Shown here: piece after piece, positions 20,379 through 31,267 of the stretch
How the letters are laid out: each line of letters starts with the position of its first letter
How positions within the stretch are numbered: position 1 is the stretch's first letter
Position numbers and translations under genes: made by a program
Origin: an uncultured delta proteobacterium
Lineage (GTDB): Bacteria > Desulfobacterota > Desulfomonilia > UBA1062
Reading direction: 5' to 3'
NCBI GenBank assembly: GCA_963785235.1
Contig: CAWAUM010000011.1
Span: forward strand, 233,724 to 297,723
Length of the DNA: 64,000 nucleotides
The notes under the pieces: model-generated
The model's input: only the letters and a program-made list of their open reading frames with translations
What the model was told of the DNA's origin: nothing
Database searches by the model: none

Positions 20379-22815
20379 AGATGACCTTGCGTATGGATAC
20401 CCCTTCGATAAAGCGCTTCACGTTCGTGTCGGAATACGCAGCGGTTTCCACCTCAGCCTGAGGCGTATCCTTGGGCATTTCGATGGTGGCGCGCAGCTTG
20501 CCGTTCACCTGTACCGCGATTGTCACATTCGAGTCCTGGGCCCATGTGGGATCGAATTCGGGCCAGGGGTGCTCGAAGAGCCTGCCTGACAACCCTATGG
20601 TTTCCCACAGCTCATCGGCGATATGCGGGACAAAGGGCGAGAGCATGATGATCAGGTGCTCGATGGAATACTTCAGCACAGCCGCTTCTTCGGCGTCCTT
20701 TACCACTTCTTTTGTCTTATAGAGATCGTTTATGAGCTCCATCATGGCGGCTATGGCCGTATTGAACCGGAAGCGCTTGTCTATGTCCTCAGTGACCTTG
20801 CGGATGGTCTGGTGTGTCTTCCTCATGATGGGCTCTACGGATGCCGGTACCCGGGTAACCTTAGATGTCCCCTCCATTGCCTTGATGTCCATGGCAAGAC
20901 GCCAGAGCCGGGTCAGAAACCGGTAGGTCCCCTCAATACCCTGGTCGCTCCAGTCCATGTCCTTCTCGGGCGGGGCGGCAAAGAGGGTGAAGAGCCTGGT
21001 GGCGTCAGCGCCGTAGCGTGCTATCATGTCTTCGGGATCAATCACGTTACCCTTGGACTTACTCATCTTGGCGCCGTCTTTGATGACCATGCCCTGGGTC
21101 AGCAGCCTCTCAAACGGTTCATCAAATGCCACATAACCCAGGTCGCGCAGCACCATGGTAAAGAACCGTGAGTACATGAGGTGCAATATGGCATGCTCGA
21201 TGCCGCCGATGTACTGGTCCACCGGCATCCAGTACGCAACCTCCTTGGCGTCAAAGGCCTTGTCCTTGTGGTTGGGGCTGGTATAGCGGATGAAGTACCA
21301 GGAGGACTCCACAAAGGTGTCCATGGTGTCGGTCTCACGCTTGGCCTTGCCGCCGCATGAAGGGCACTTCGTGTTCACGAATGACTCCACCTGGGCTATG
21401 GGTGATTCGCCGGCGCCGGTGAGCTTTACGTCCTCGGGCAGGATAATGGGCAGGTCTTCTTTTTTTACCGGGACGGTTCCGCACTTTTCGCAGTGCACCA
21501 CCGGGATGGGTGCGCCCCAGTAACGCTGTCTCGATATGCCCCAGTCACGCAGTTTGAAGTTGATTGTGGGCTCACCCCTGCCAAGGGACTGGAGATGTTC
21601 GGTGATGCCCTTCATGGCGTCGGTATTCTTCATGCCGTTGAACTGCTGTGAATTCACCAGCACACCTTCACCCTCGTAGGCAGCTTCCATAGTCTCCGCC
21701 TTGAGTTCTTCGCCCTCAGGCTGGATGACCACTATGATGGTAAGGCCGTATTTCTTGGCAAACTCGAAGTCGCGCTGATCGTGCGAGGGCACGGCCATGA
21801 CTGCGCCGGTGCCGTAGTCATACAGCACGAAGTTGGCCACATAGATGGGCATCAGAAAGCCGGTGAGCGGATTTGTGCAGTATTTGCCCGTGAACACGCC
21901 CTCTTTCTCATAGGAATCCGAGGTACGGGTGATCTTGTCCTCCTTGAGGGTCTTGTCTATAAAGGCCTTCACTGCTCCTTCCTGGCCGGTCCCTTTGGGC
22001 AGGGTCTTGGCCAGGGGGTGCTCCGGCGCAATGCTCATGAAGGTGGCGCCATAGAGGGTATCGGGTCTGGTGGTGAAGACCTCGATGTCATCATTGGTGC
22101 CATCGATGGCAAACTTCAGGAGCGAGCCTGTGCTCCTGCCGATCCAGTTTCTCTGCATGGTCAGCACGCGCTCGGGCCAGCCTTCTTTGAGGCGCTCGGT
22201 ATTGTCTAGAAGCTCCTGGGCGTATTTGGTGATCTTGAAGAACCACTGGTCGTATTCCCTGAGGTACACCTGTGTGCCGCAGCGCCAGCATGCCCCTGCT
22301 TCCACCTGCTCGTTGGCCAGCACGGTCTTGCAGCTGTCGCACCAGTTCAGAAAGGTGCGGTCCTTGTAGACGAGGCCCTTCTCGAACATCTCTATGAAGA
22401 AGAGCTGCTCCCACTGGTAGTAGTTCGCATCACAGGTGGCGATCTCCCGGTCCCAGTCATAGCTGAATCCCATGCGTTTGAGCTGGACCTTCATGTATGC
22501 CATGTTCTCATAAGTCCATTTTTTGGGGTGCACACCGCTTGCAATGGCGGCGTTCTCAGCGGGCATGCCGAAGGCGTCCCATCCCATGGGATGCAGCACG
22601 TTAAAGCCTTTCATCTTCTTGTAGCGGGCCACCACGTCGCCGATGGTATAGTTGCGGACGTGGCCCATGTGGATACGGCCCGAGGGGTAGGGGAACATCT
22701 CCAGGAGATAGTATTTCTGTTTGGAATCATCGACCTCCACCTTGAAGAGCTTGCTGTCTTCCCAGCGCTTCTGCCATTTGGCCTCGATCTCCTGAGGTCT
22801 GTAGTCCGTCGTCAT
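20332..22815 (-). CDS. leuS: Leucyl-tRNA synthetase
   Basis: Class I aaRS with HMGH (HIGH-type) motif and KMSKSKGN. The start I prefer is the internal ATG at 22813-22815 ([18 protein letters not shown]), preceded by GGAGGA. The track ORF extends to 22902 without conserved sequence. Confidence 0.95.
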   Translation of the reverse strand: MTTDYRPQEIEAKWQKRWEDSKLFKVEVDDSKQKYYLLEMFPYPSGRIHMGHVRNYTIGDVVARYKKMKGFNVLHPMGWDAFGMPAENAAIASGVHPKKWTYENMAYMKVQLKRMGFSYDWDREIATCDANYYQWEQLFFIEMFEKGLVYKDRTFLNWCDSCKTVLANEQVEAGACWRCGTQVYLREYDQWFFKITKYAQELLDNTERLKEGWPERVLTMQRNWIGRSTGSLLKFAIDGTNDDIEVFTTRPDTLYGATFMSIAPEHPLAKTLPKGTGQEGAVKAFIDKTLKEDKITRTSDSYEKEGVFTGKYCTNPLTGFLMPIYVANFVLYDYGTGAVMAVPSHDQRDFEFAKKYGLTIIVVIQPEGEELKAETMEAAYEGEGVLVNSQQFNGMKNTDAMKGITEHLQSLGRGEPTINFKLRDWGISRQRYWGAPIPVVHCEKCGTVPVKKEDLPIILPEDVKLTGAGESPIAQVESFVNTKCPSCGGKAKRETDTMDTFVESSWYFIRYTSPNHKDKAFDAKEVAYWMPVDQYIGGIEHAILHLMYSRFFTMVLRDLGYVAFDEPFERLLTQGMVIKDGAKMSKSKGNVIDPEDMIARYGADATRLFTLFAAPPEKDMDWSDQGIEGTYRFLTRLWRLAMDIKAMEGTSKVTRVPASVEPIMRKTHQTIRKVTEDIDKRFRFNTAIAAMMELINDLYKTKEVVKDAEEAAVLKYSIEHLIIMLSPFVPHIADELWETIGLSGRLFEHPWPEFDPTWAQDSNVTIAVQVNGKLRATIEMPKDTPQAEVETAAYSDTNVKRFIEGVSIRKVIYVPNKIINIIVAAGK

Positions 22816-22954
22816 ACGTTCCTCCACATGAATGGTGAGAGCACAATTAACACAACACCTCCCCTTCGTCCAGTCCCCGTTCCCGCGTATCGAACCGTAC
22901 ATTCCAAGATGATATACATCTTAAATATTTCTTCAGATACAAACCAAAAATTGG

Positions 22955-23005
22955 CCCGTTAAAATCATGAATCTCGGTGAAGCCGAGATTCATGATTTTA
23001 ACGGG
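22955..23005. repeat. Perfect 23-bp palindrome, copy 2 of the palindromic element family (terminator-like, in a divergent promoter region)
   Basis: cccgttaaaatcatgaatctcgg (22955-22977), tgaag, ccgagattcatgattttaacggg (22983-23005), followed by gtaaggTTTTTTT. The flanks ccaaaaattggcccgtt and aacgggtaaggtttttt are identical to copy 1 in inverted orientation. Confidence 0.8.
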
Positions 23006-23141
23006 TAAGGTTTTTTTATCCGAGACCCTTTCCGGAATTGTGCAAAGCTCTTAACTTTTGTAACTGCATTGGTGTCCCTGAGGTCTCTTCAGGCTCTTTG
23101 CGCTTGCATTTCATGGCCATATTGATATGTAAGGGGACACT

Positions 23142-25547
23142 ATGAGGTGGCTCAAATTCATACTTCTTATCATGGTGATCATCATTGTCCTGTGTGGAGC
23201 AGCAATCTATGTATTCGTACTCAGGGGGCTTCCTTCCCTTGAAGAGCTCAAAGGCGATGAGGTGACCAAGCTCAGCAAGGTTACCGCTGCCGACGGTACA
23301 CCCATCGGCTACTTCCCGCCCGAAGGAAGGGTTGTCATGAACGGGCACAACATCCCCATTACCCTCAAGCAGGCCATCATCGCTGCAGAGGATTCCACCT
23401 TTTATGATCATGTGGGACTTGAACCGCGCAGGATCATAAGTGCATTGCTCGCTGATATCAGGGCAAACTCCTATGTCCAGGGCGCATCTACCATAACCCA
23501 GCAGGTTGTCAGGTCGTATCTGCTCACCAATGAAAAGACCCTTGCCAGGAAGGTCAGGGAGATCGTTCTGGCGCTGCGCATCGAACAGGCCCTGACCAAA
23601 GAGCAGATTTTAAACCTGTACCTTGACCGCATCTACCTGGGAAGCGGGGCCTATGGAGTACAGGCGGCCTCCTTTCGTTATTTCGGCAAGGAGTGCAGAG
23701 AGCTCGAGCTCTCGGAGATGGCACTGCTTGCAGGGCTTGCCCCTGCGCCTACGAGATATTCTCCGCTGAATGATTTCACTGCTGCAAAAAGAAGGCAGTG
23801 GTATGTCCTTTCCCGCATGGTGTCCGAAGGTTACATTACCGGAGACGAGGCCCGTGAGGCATACAAGGACCCTTTGAGGATCATAGCCAAGGATGTGGCC
23901 CAATTTTCCGAATACCCCTATATCACCGACTATGTGAAGACGCTCGTGACCAAGCAGTTCGGCGAAGATATCTTCAACAAAGGGATCATTATCCGCACTT
24001 CGATAATACCTGAGCTCCAGCGCTCGGCAATGCTCGCTGTCCGCAAGGGGGTTATCGAGCTGGAGATGAGACAGGGCAAGTATCGTGGCCCCATAAAGGA
24101 TGTACCCCAAAGCGATGGTACGCTCAAGCCATTGGCCCTGCCGACAAGGATCGCATCTTTGCATTGCAGTCAAACCAGCTTGCATGGAAAGGATACGAAC
24201 CCTATGAGCTCTATTGGGCAGAGGTGACAAGACTGGATCCATTAACGGTAAAACTCGGCACCAGAAGCCTGGAACTCGGCCCGGGCAGCTACGCCTGGAT
24301 CAACCCCAAGGGGAATTGGAATCCCGGCAGCGTGCTCAAGCCCGGCGATCTCATAGCAGCTCTGCTCTACGCCCGGCGGTTTTGTGATCTCGCAACACCC
24401 TCAGGTTCAGGGGGTGCTTGTAGCCTTTGATTTGGAAAAGGCCGGCATCCTTGCCATGGTTGGAGGGGTCGACTATGCCCAGAGCCAGTTCAACAGGGCC
24501 ATATACGCAAGGAGGCAGAGCGGTTCGGCAATAAAACCCTTCATCTATGCGGCAGCTATCGACAAGGGGCTGACCCCGGCCTCCATCATCTTCGACTCGC
24601 CGGTGACCTATAATGCCGGGGCGGATGAGGAAATGTGGCAACCTAAAAACTACGAAAACCGCTTCTATGGTGCAACCACATTGAGGACCGGCCTTGTCCT
24701 GTCAAGAAACGTGGTTACCATAAAGATTTTAAACCAGATCGGCCTTGATTTTGCCATCTCATATATCAGACGGTTCGACATGCAATCGGATCTGCCTCGG
24801 AACCTTTCCCTGGCCCTGGGTTCAGGTTCGGTAACCCCTATTAACCTCTTTAAGGGGTATGCCGAGCTGGCCATCTATGGTCAGAAGTTTGATCCCCATA
24901 TGATCGAGAGCATTGTCCAAAGCGGAAAGGGGACTATCTTTCGTGCCCCTGCAGGCCCGGCAGCACTTACTTCTCCTGTTGTACCTGCGGTAACCGCCGG
25001 AACCGAAGGCATTACGGCAGATACGGCCTCTTTGACCAATGTCTTGCAAGATGGTATTGATGCCATCACGTCTATACCGGACCGGGGAGTTATCTCATCT
25101 CAGACGGCCTTCATTATCACGAACATCCTCAAGGACGTGGTGCAGGCGGGAACAGGTTGGCGTGCAAAGGCGCTTATGAGGCCTATTGCGGGAAAGACAG
25201 GTACCAGCGATGACAGCAAGGATACCTGGTTTATCGGATACTCCCCTGATGTCTTATGCGGTGTATGGGTCGGCTATGACAGCATGACTTCGCTTGGCGC
25301 GAATGAGACAGGCGGTAAAACCGCATGCCCAATATTTGTCGACTTCATGACAACAGCGTTGCGTGACAGGCCTGTGCGCGACTTCAGGGTCCCTGCGGGT
25401 GTGGTATTCGCCAGGGTCAACTCCAATACGGGCAAAGGGGCTGGTGAGGATTCTCTGGAATCACGTTTTGAGGTCTTTAAGCAAGGCAGCGTACCTGCAG
25501 CCGAGAAGGCCGTTAATGATGATCAATTGTTAAAGGAGGTCTTCTGA
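23142..25547 (+). CDS. mrcA: Class A penicillin-binding protein (PBP1A: transglycosylase/transpeptidase), two frame interruptions near 24200 and 24400
   Basis: N-terminal TM helix. GT51 motifs EDSTFYDH, GASTITQQ, RKVRE. Transpeptidase motifs SGSAIKP (SxxK), SRN, KTGTS. Split over track ORFs 23142-24227, 24164-24430 and 24384-25547. Confidence 0.85.
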
Positions 25548-27334
25548 TGCATGTCCGTGCGGTCTTGCTTCTGGTTGCCCTGATCGCATATTCGCTGAGT
25601 GTTTTTGCTGCGGACATCACCCTTGTGAAACATGCAAGGAGGGCCAAGCCTCTTGGGGCGAGTCAGTATGTAGTGAAGGAAGGCGATACCTTGCGAAGGA
25701 TTCTGATGGAGGGATACAACGCAAAGGAGGAAGACCTTCCTACTCTCTATAAGAGATTCAGGCAGGAAAATCCCGGCATAGCAGATCTTGATTACATACC
25801 TTCAGGCACCAAGATCGTGGTCCCCATAAAAGGAGAGCCCGGCCTTGTTGCCGACCAGAAGAAACCCCCTGGCGAGCTTGAGGTGAGAGAGGCTTCTCCC
25901 AATGAATACGTCATAAAGCAGGGTGAGTATCTCGCCAGGATCATGAGGAAGGTGTACGGTGTCTCGGATGACCTCATCTTTCATGAGTACATGGCCCTGG
26001 TAAAGAAATTAAACCCCGGGATCAGCGATCCGAACCTTATCAAGGCGGGTCAAAAGCTTATTCTGCCGGACATCAAACGGGTAATGGCCAAGGCAAAGAA
26101 TTCCCAGGGGCCTGCTGCCGGAGTGTTATCGGTTTCAACCGCGGGCGTACCCCCACAAGATGTAAGCAATAATACCCCTCCTGCCCTGATAAGTGATGCA
26201 TCAGTCCCTCAGGCAAAGCAGGATACGGATGCATCCGAGCAGCTTCCCAAAACGGCCCCTGCAGCGCCCCCTGTGTTGCCCGGAGTGAAACAGGCAAGTA
26301 ATGGCAAATCGCCGGAACCCGGGAAAGCCAGGGATCTGAAGATGGTCAAAGGTGCAGTCCTGCCGGCCCTGAAGAACATGGGGGGTACGAAGAGGGACAA
26401 AGGGATATATTATATGCCGACCTCGGGAGGCACCGGGTTGTCCATCAACACCTCCGAGATCCCTGTCATGGAACTCGATACGGGGAAGAAGATAATTTTT
26501 GACATGAACGGGACCATCAGCACCGAGGTTAAAGGGTATATCGAGAAGGCCTTCCCATCTTTCACCGTTGTATCCGGTTCGCAAGGGGACCTAGAGGGCC
26601 TGATGGACAAGGTCTTAAGCGTTTCCGGCTATTTCTCCATCAATAAAGACTCAAGTCCTCTTCTCGTGGGAGCAGAAGAAAAACTAAGATTTTTCGGCAA
26701 GTGGATCGTATACAAGGACTTCTCCCGAAACAATGTGTTTGTCGTTAATCTCCTGGGCAATGAAGATCAGAAGACGCCCGGCGGCATTAGAAACTATGCT
26801 AAGCATTTTGGTATCGACCTCATTGAGATCGGCGGTAAAGACACAGGGAGTGCACTGAAAAAATCCGCACAAGTTGCTGACCTGAATCACTCGTATCCGG
26901 CCCTTTTGGGCCGTCTTAAGATCCCTCATGATACGAATAAGGAGATAGACCTGGTAAAAAGCGGCGTGGTGAAGATAACCTACAAGGCCCCGGTGCTTAC
27001 GGGTAAGGTCGTACTCACCGATGTCATGCCTGAAACGGATATGGCCTCACTGCTTCATGAGAAGTCATATGTGTTGCTGAATACCGGCACAGCTGGGCCT
27101 GTTGATGTGCTGGGCGCTCTCGGGCTGGAATTTGAAGGCCCCCCCCTGAAGATGACAATAGCCAAGGGAAGGACAGAACTGGAGATCCCTGGAATACGTC
27201 TTGGGAACAATATCATCCTCTTAAAGAAGATCGATAAAGATATAGCGGCCTATCTTGCAGATTTCGGGGATGAAGGTGATGGTGTGGTAAGGCCCCCGAT
27301 AGGGGGACAGGGTCACAATGAAAAGACTAGATAA
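25547..27334 (+). CDS. Secreted protein with two LysM domains, a Pro-rich linker and a C-terminal domain of unknown function
   Basis: 595 aa. Signal peptide MHVRAVLLLVALIAYSLSVFA. LysM-like YVVKEGDTLRRIL and YVIKQGEYLARIM. ATG overlaps the PBP1A TGA (tgATG at 25545-25549), with AAGGAGG just upstream. Confidence 0.7.
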   Translation: MHVRAVLLLVALIAYSLSVFAADITLVKHARRAKPLGASQYVVKEGDTLRRILMEGYNAKEEDLPTLYKRFRQENPGIADLDYIPSGTKIVVPIKGEPGLVADQKKPPGELEVREASPNEYVIKQGEYLARIMRKVYGVSDDLIFHEYMALVKKLNPGISDPNLIKAGQKLILPDIKRVMAKAKNSQGPAAGVLSVSTAGVPPQDVSNNTPPALISDASVPQAKQDTDASEQLPKTAPAAPPVLPGVKQASNGKSPEPGKARDLKMVKGAVLPALKNMGGTKRDKGIYYMPTSGGTGLSINTSEIPVMELDTGKKIIFDMNGTISTEVKGYIEKAFPSFTVVSGSQGDLEGLMDKVLSVSGYFSINKDSSPLLVGAEEKLRFFGKWIVYKDFSRNNVFVVNLLGNEDQKTPGGIRNYAKHFGIDLIEIGGKDTGSALKKSAQVADLNHSYPALLGRLKIPHDTNKEIDLVKSGVVKITYKAPVLTGKVVLTDVMPETDMASLLHEKSYVLLNTGTAGPVDVLGALGLEFEGPPLKMTIAKGRTELEIPGIRLGNNIILLKKIDKDIAAYLADFGDEGDGVVRPPIGGQGHNEKTR

Positions 27335-27352
27335 CTTTATGCCCTGGGTTAA

Positions 27353-28669
27353 TTATATTTTTGCCGTGGAGATGAAACATGTTCCCCCTGACCCACTGCC
27401 TTCATTAATTGGTTTATCCTCTGTTGTGAATGATACTGAATAATCTGATTTCATTGAATTTCCAGTAAGGTCTTTAACACCATTACTTCCACCCCTTAAG
27501 GTTATCGTATAGGGTGTGGAAAATGCATCTGCACCACTTACAGAGACGGCCATGCCATTAGGAGAGAGACTCAGCTTTGCGGGAACTGTTGTCGAACCAG
27601 ACGTCATAATTATTGTTGAACTGGTAATGGTTGCCGCATTGAGCTTCTCTGTAAATGAAAACTCTATGGGATTTGATACATAGGCCTTTCCGCCAGTACC
27701 CTCGATTCTGTCGTAATAGATCACGGGTGGTATTGAATCTGTTCTGCTGTAAGTAACCATCACGCCATTTTTGCATGCGAAGTAAACCTTTCCCGAGGTG
27801 CTTCCCCATATTGCATAAATGTCAACAAGAGAGGTATTTCCCAGCTTGGTCCATGAAATCCCGTCGTAATGATATACGGCACCGTAATCGCCTGCAGCAA
27901 AGACGTCAGTTGGACCACTTCCCCAGAGACTGTTGAATTTAATGCCGCTGGATGTAGCCGCGAGTTTCCATGTCCCATCATAGTGAAGTATGTCCCCATA
28001 TGAGCCCGCGGCATAGATATCTAAGGTAGATGATCCCCAGAGGGCACGGATATCCTGGCTGGTTCCTGAGCTTGCAGAACTCCATTCACTGCCGTTAAAA
28101 TGGAACAGCTTACCAAGTTCGCCACCAGTGTATACATCATTTGCAGAACTGCCCCAGATGCAATAAAGGTTGATCCCGGTTGTAATAGTAATGGGAGATG
28201 CCAGTTTAGAGGATGTCAGGTTGGTCCATGAGCTTCCGTTAAAGAACAGAATTGTGCCTAACGAACCAACGGCATAGGCGTTTGTGACCGATGCTCCCCA
28301 GATGGCATTAAGGCTAAGGCCATTCAATGATGGGTATTTAACCCACCTGAGGCTATCATTGAGAAAAATATTTCCAAAATTATCTGTAGTGATAATGACA
28401 ATGGGTGATATTCCCCACACTGCCATCAGATCATAGGGGGTATTGCTTTGTATCCATGCAGACTCTTGCCATGAGGTTCCATCATAACTCAAGAATGTAC
28501 CATTTGCTCCGGCAACATAGATATCCTCGTCCGTTGCGCCCCAAATGGCATTGAGATTCTGATCGACAAGGGTAGTTGCTTGCCAATCATCCGCGCAATA
28601 ACCAAAACAAGGCGAAAGAAGAATAAGGAATAATGCTGTGAGCACACCGTATAATACGTTTGTTCTCAT
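27353..28669 (-). CDS. Secreted seven-bladed beta-propeller protein with C-terminal SbsA-type Ig-like domain
   Basis: 438 aa with a signal peptide. Seven repeats of the form (I/L)WG.s..d(V/I)YaaG..G.i.hYDG..W, then an Ig-like segment (PIEFSFTEKLNAATITSSTIIM..YTITLRGGSNGVKDLTGNSM). Confidence 0.65.
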   Translation of the reverse strand: MRTNVLYGVLTALFLILLSPCFGYCADDWQATTLVDQNLNAIWGATDEDIYVAGANGTFLSYDGTSWQESAWIQSNTPYDLMAVWGISPIVIITTDNFGNIFLNDSLRWVKYPSLNGLSLNAIWGASVTNAYAVGSLGTILFFNGSSWTNLTSSKLASPITITTGINLYCIWGSSANDVYTGGELGKLFHFNGSEWSSASSGTSQDIRALWGSSTLDIYAAGSYGDILHYDGTWKLAATSSGIKFNSLWGSGPTDVFAAGDYGAVYHYDGISWTKLGNTSLVDIYAIWGSTSGKVYFACKNGVMVTYSRTDSIPPVIYYDRIEGTGGKAYVSNPIEFSFTEKLNAATITSSTIIMTSGSTTVPAKLSLSPNGMAVSVSGADAFSTPYTITLRGGSNGVKDLTGNSMKSDYSVSFTTEDKPINEGSGSGGTCFISTAKI

Positions 28670-28862
28670 AATGTATCCTTTCCAGAAATACCCAAGGATG
28701 GTTTATTTCAATATATATGTATAATTATAATAACGACGACCTTTGGTCTTTTCAATTCTTTTCTCGACAAAATCCTTTCTATGATCACATCCATAAAGAT
28801 ATGAGAGCAGGTAAAAGTACAGTATGGTATACATTGTCTGACAAACCACTAAGATTTTTGTA

Positions 28863-30302
28863 TTATTGATGATAAATGGTCAGTTTGTCGCCGGGTTTGA
28901 TCTGTGCAGTGGAGGTCAGCTGGTTCCACCGAAGGATGTCCACGGTGGAGACATAGAACTGTTTTGAGATCCCCCAGAGGGTATCGCCTTTCTTTACCTT
29001 ATACTTGGTAGACTTCACGTGTGCCTGTTTGCTTTGTGCCGAGGGGATGATAAGTGCTATTCCTAATTTCAGGCCCTGTTTTTTGGAGATCCGGTTCGCC
29101 TTGGTAATGGCATCTACACTTGAGGAATATTTCCTGGCAAGGGAATATAAGGTGTCGCCCTTACGCACGGTATGATTAACGTTTGTGGCGGATTCTTCGT
29201 TGGTATCCGGTTGGGCTGCAATACCTTTCTTTGATGATTTCGGCGTGTTTCTGCGGACCTTATCCCCGCCATTCTTTATTGACAAAGACTGGGCGTCAGT
29301 AAAGGATTCAGGGTTATTATCCGCCAAGGACACAGTAAGGCCGCTGTTTGATTTTGCGATTCTATCCAGATACTCCTGGCTATCCACTGTCTCGGGTGTC
29401 CCGGGGGCAGTGCCCGGCAAGGGATTCGGCAGCCCGTAGGCGTTACGGTTTTTAGCCAGGATGACAGTGGCGATATATTTCGGCACATAATCGATAGTCT
29501 CAGGCTTTATGTTCATGGAATTGTTTATGTCCCAGAATGTGTAAACCCCATGGTTTTTCATGAGACGGATGAGCGTCCCTTCTCCTGCGTTGTATGCAGC
29601 AATAGCCAAATACCAATCGCCGAAGATGGAATAGAGGTGTCTCAGGTACTGTGCTGCTGCTTGTGTGGATTTCTCCAGGTGTTTACGCTCATCCACATAT
29701 TTGTTCACTTGCAGGCCATATCTCTTTGCGGTATCCGGGATGAACTGCCAGTAACCAGTTGCTCCGGAGCTTGAGACTGCATGCGGGTTGGCATTACTCT
29801 CAACCAGGCATAAGTAGACGAGGTCCTTGGGGATGCCGTTTTGTTTGAATATCCGCTCCAATGTAGGGCGTATCTTATCAAGCCTGGACAGAGAGCCCTT
29901 GAATGCATCACGGTCTTTAACCGAGAGGCGTTCGATCCAGAGCTGCACTATGGCATTGACCTCATAGGTGCCGTCTGCAGTCTTTTTTTTCTGCGGTTTC
30001 CCCTTTTTCTGAACAAGCTCATCCTCCTTCATTTTTCCCGGGATTATTTCTTTGGATTCTTCCTGGATCTGGGGTAAATCGATTTCTTTGGGAGGCTGCT
30101 CTTTTAGTGTCATAGGTTCCTGGATTGAGCTAAGGTCCAGAACCTGACTAGGCGGATGTGTCGGCGGATAGTTGGAATGGAGGTCGTGCGCGCATCCAAG
30201 CAGTGCGAACACAAAGGTATACATGAGTGTTGCCCTGAACGAGTTCATTCTCATCAACCTCCGAATTGTTGTTTTTTTATCTGGATTGGATGAAACCTTC
30301 AA
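28863..30302 (-). CDS. Membrane-bound lytic murein transglycosylase (MltD-like) with two C-terminal LysM domains
   Basis: Lipobox FALLG-C. SLT catalytic region LCLVESNANPHAVSSSGATGYWQF. LysM-like HTVRKGDTLYSLA and YKVKKGDTLWGIS. Confidence 0.8.
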   Translation of the reverse strand: MKVSSNPDKKTTIRRLMRMNSFRATLMYTFVFALLGCAHDLHSNYPPTHPPSQVLDLSSIQEPMTLKEQPPKEIDLPQIQEESKEIIPGKMKEDELVQKKGKPQKKKTADGTYEVNAIVQLWIERLSVKDRDAFKGSLSRLDKIRPTLERIFKQNGIPKDLVYLCLVESNANPHAVSSSGATGYWQFIPDTAKRYGLQVNKYVDERKHLEKSTQAAAQYLRHLYSIFGDWYLAIAAYNAGEGTLIRLMKNHGVYTFWDINNSMNIKPETIDYVPKYIATVILAKNRNAYGLPNPLPGTAPGTPETVDSQEYLDRIAKSNSGLTVSLADNNPESFTDAQSLSIKNGGDKVRRNTPKSSKKGIAAQPDTNEESATNVNHTVRKGDTLYSLARKYSSSVDAITKANRISKKQGLKLGIALIIPSAQSKQAHVKSTKYKVKKGDTLWGISKQFYVSTVDILRWNQLTSTAQIKPGDKLTIYHQ

Positions 30303-30391
30303 CCCTTTTTTTCATCTAAAAATACGGATTGTTGGTACCGATAGATTTAATTAACTTTTAGGTCATATTTTATAAAGGAGATAAATGATAA

Positions 30392-31249
30392 ATGCAACTC
30401 CCAATTGTACACAATAATGCTGTTGCGGCGCTCATCAGTAAATTTGATCGATTACCCGCACTGACCAAAGAGGAAGAATCCAACCTGGCCTTGCGTTTAA
30501 AGGAAAAGGGCGATATCGATGCCGCCCAGAGGCTTATCACTGCCAACTTGCGCAACGTTGTCCGTATCGCCATGGATTATAGCGGTTATGGGCTCCCCAT
30601 GGAGGACATTATCCAGGAAGGCACTATCGGCTTGATGATAGCCGTGAAAAAGTTTGATCCCCATAAGGGATACAGGCTTATGACTTATGCCGTCTGGTGG
30701 GTCAAGGCCATGATTCACGATTATATACTCAGGTTCTACTCACAGGTGAAACTTGGCACTACCAAGCTGCAGAAGAGGCTCTTTTACGGTCTTAACCGTA
30801 TGTCGGCCGAGGAGGATGTAGTTGACGAACACATAACCGAGAAGTCCCATGCCCTTTCGGCCAGGCTCGATGCTGATCCCCAAGCCATCGAGGAGATCAT
30901 ATCACGTCTGACCAACAGAGATCAGTCCCTCGACAGCCCCATGACGGACGGAAGTGACTCCAGTTTTATGGATTTCCTGGTGGATACAAGGGCAACTCCC
31001 GAGGACAGGGTCATGGAGTCCCAGCGGGCGTCTTTTGTTAAGGGCCAGATTGACGCCGCCCTTGAAAAGCTATCGCCGCGCGAGCAGGAAATCGCCCGGC
31101 AGCGCCTCATGGCAGAGAACCCATTGACATTGGAGGATTTAGGAAGGCAATATGCCATTTCCAAAGAGAGGGTCAGGCAGATCGAGAATAACGTGAAGGT
31201 CAAACTCAAGAAGGCCCTTGCAGGTCATCTAGATCTCATGCTGCCATAA
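30392..31249 (+). CDS. rpoH: RNA polymerase sigma-32 factor RpoH
   Basis: 285 aa. Sigma-70 regions 2 and 4, plus an RpoH-box-like segment LGTTKLQKRLFYGLNR. Confidence 0.9.
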   Translation: MQLPIVHNNAVAALISKFDRLPALTKEEESNLALRLKEKGDIDAAQRLITANLRNVVRIAMDYSGYGLPMEDIIQEGTIGLMIAVKKFDPHKGYRLMTYAVWWVKAMIHDYILRFYSQVKLGTTKLQKRLFYGLNRMSAEEDVVDEHITEKSHALSARLDADPQAIEEIISRLTNRDQSLDSPMTDGSDSSFMDFLVDTRATPEDRVMESQRASFVKGQIDAALEKLSPREQEIARQRLMAENPLTLEDLGRQYAISKERVRQIENNVKVKLKKALAGHLDLMLP

Positions 31250-31267
31250 AAATTAAGGGGTATTTCC

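Noticed and set aside
22816-23005. leuS leader considered as a T-box or leucine attenuator because of the upstream terminator-like hairpin.
   Set aside because: I could not identify a specifier loop, a T-box sequence or a Leu-rich leader peptide. The hairpin belongs to a dispersed repeat family, which explains its presence better.
27353-27400. C-terminal GSGSGGTCFISTAKI of the propeller protein as a GlyGly-CTERM-type sorting signal, paired with the rhomboid protease at 3744-4433.
   Set aside because: Only nine residues follow the GG. There is no TM helix or basic cluster, the two genes are 23 kb apart, and the rhomboid looks like a generic GlpG-type enzyme.
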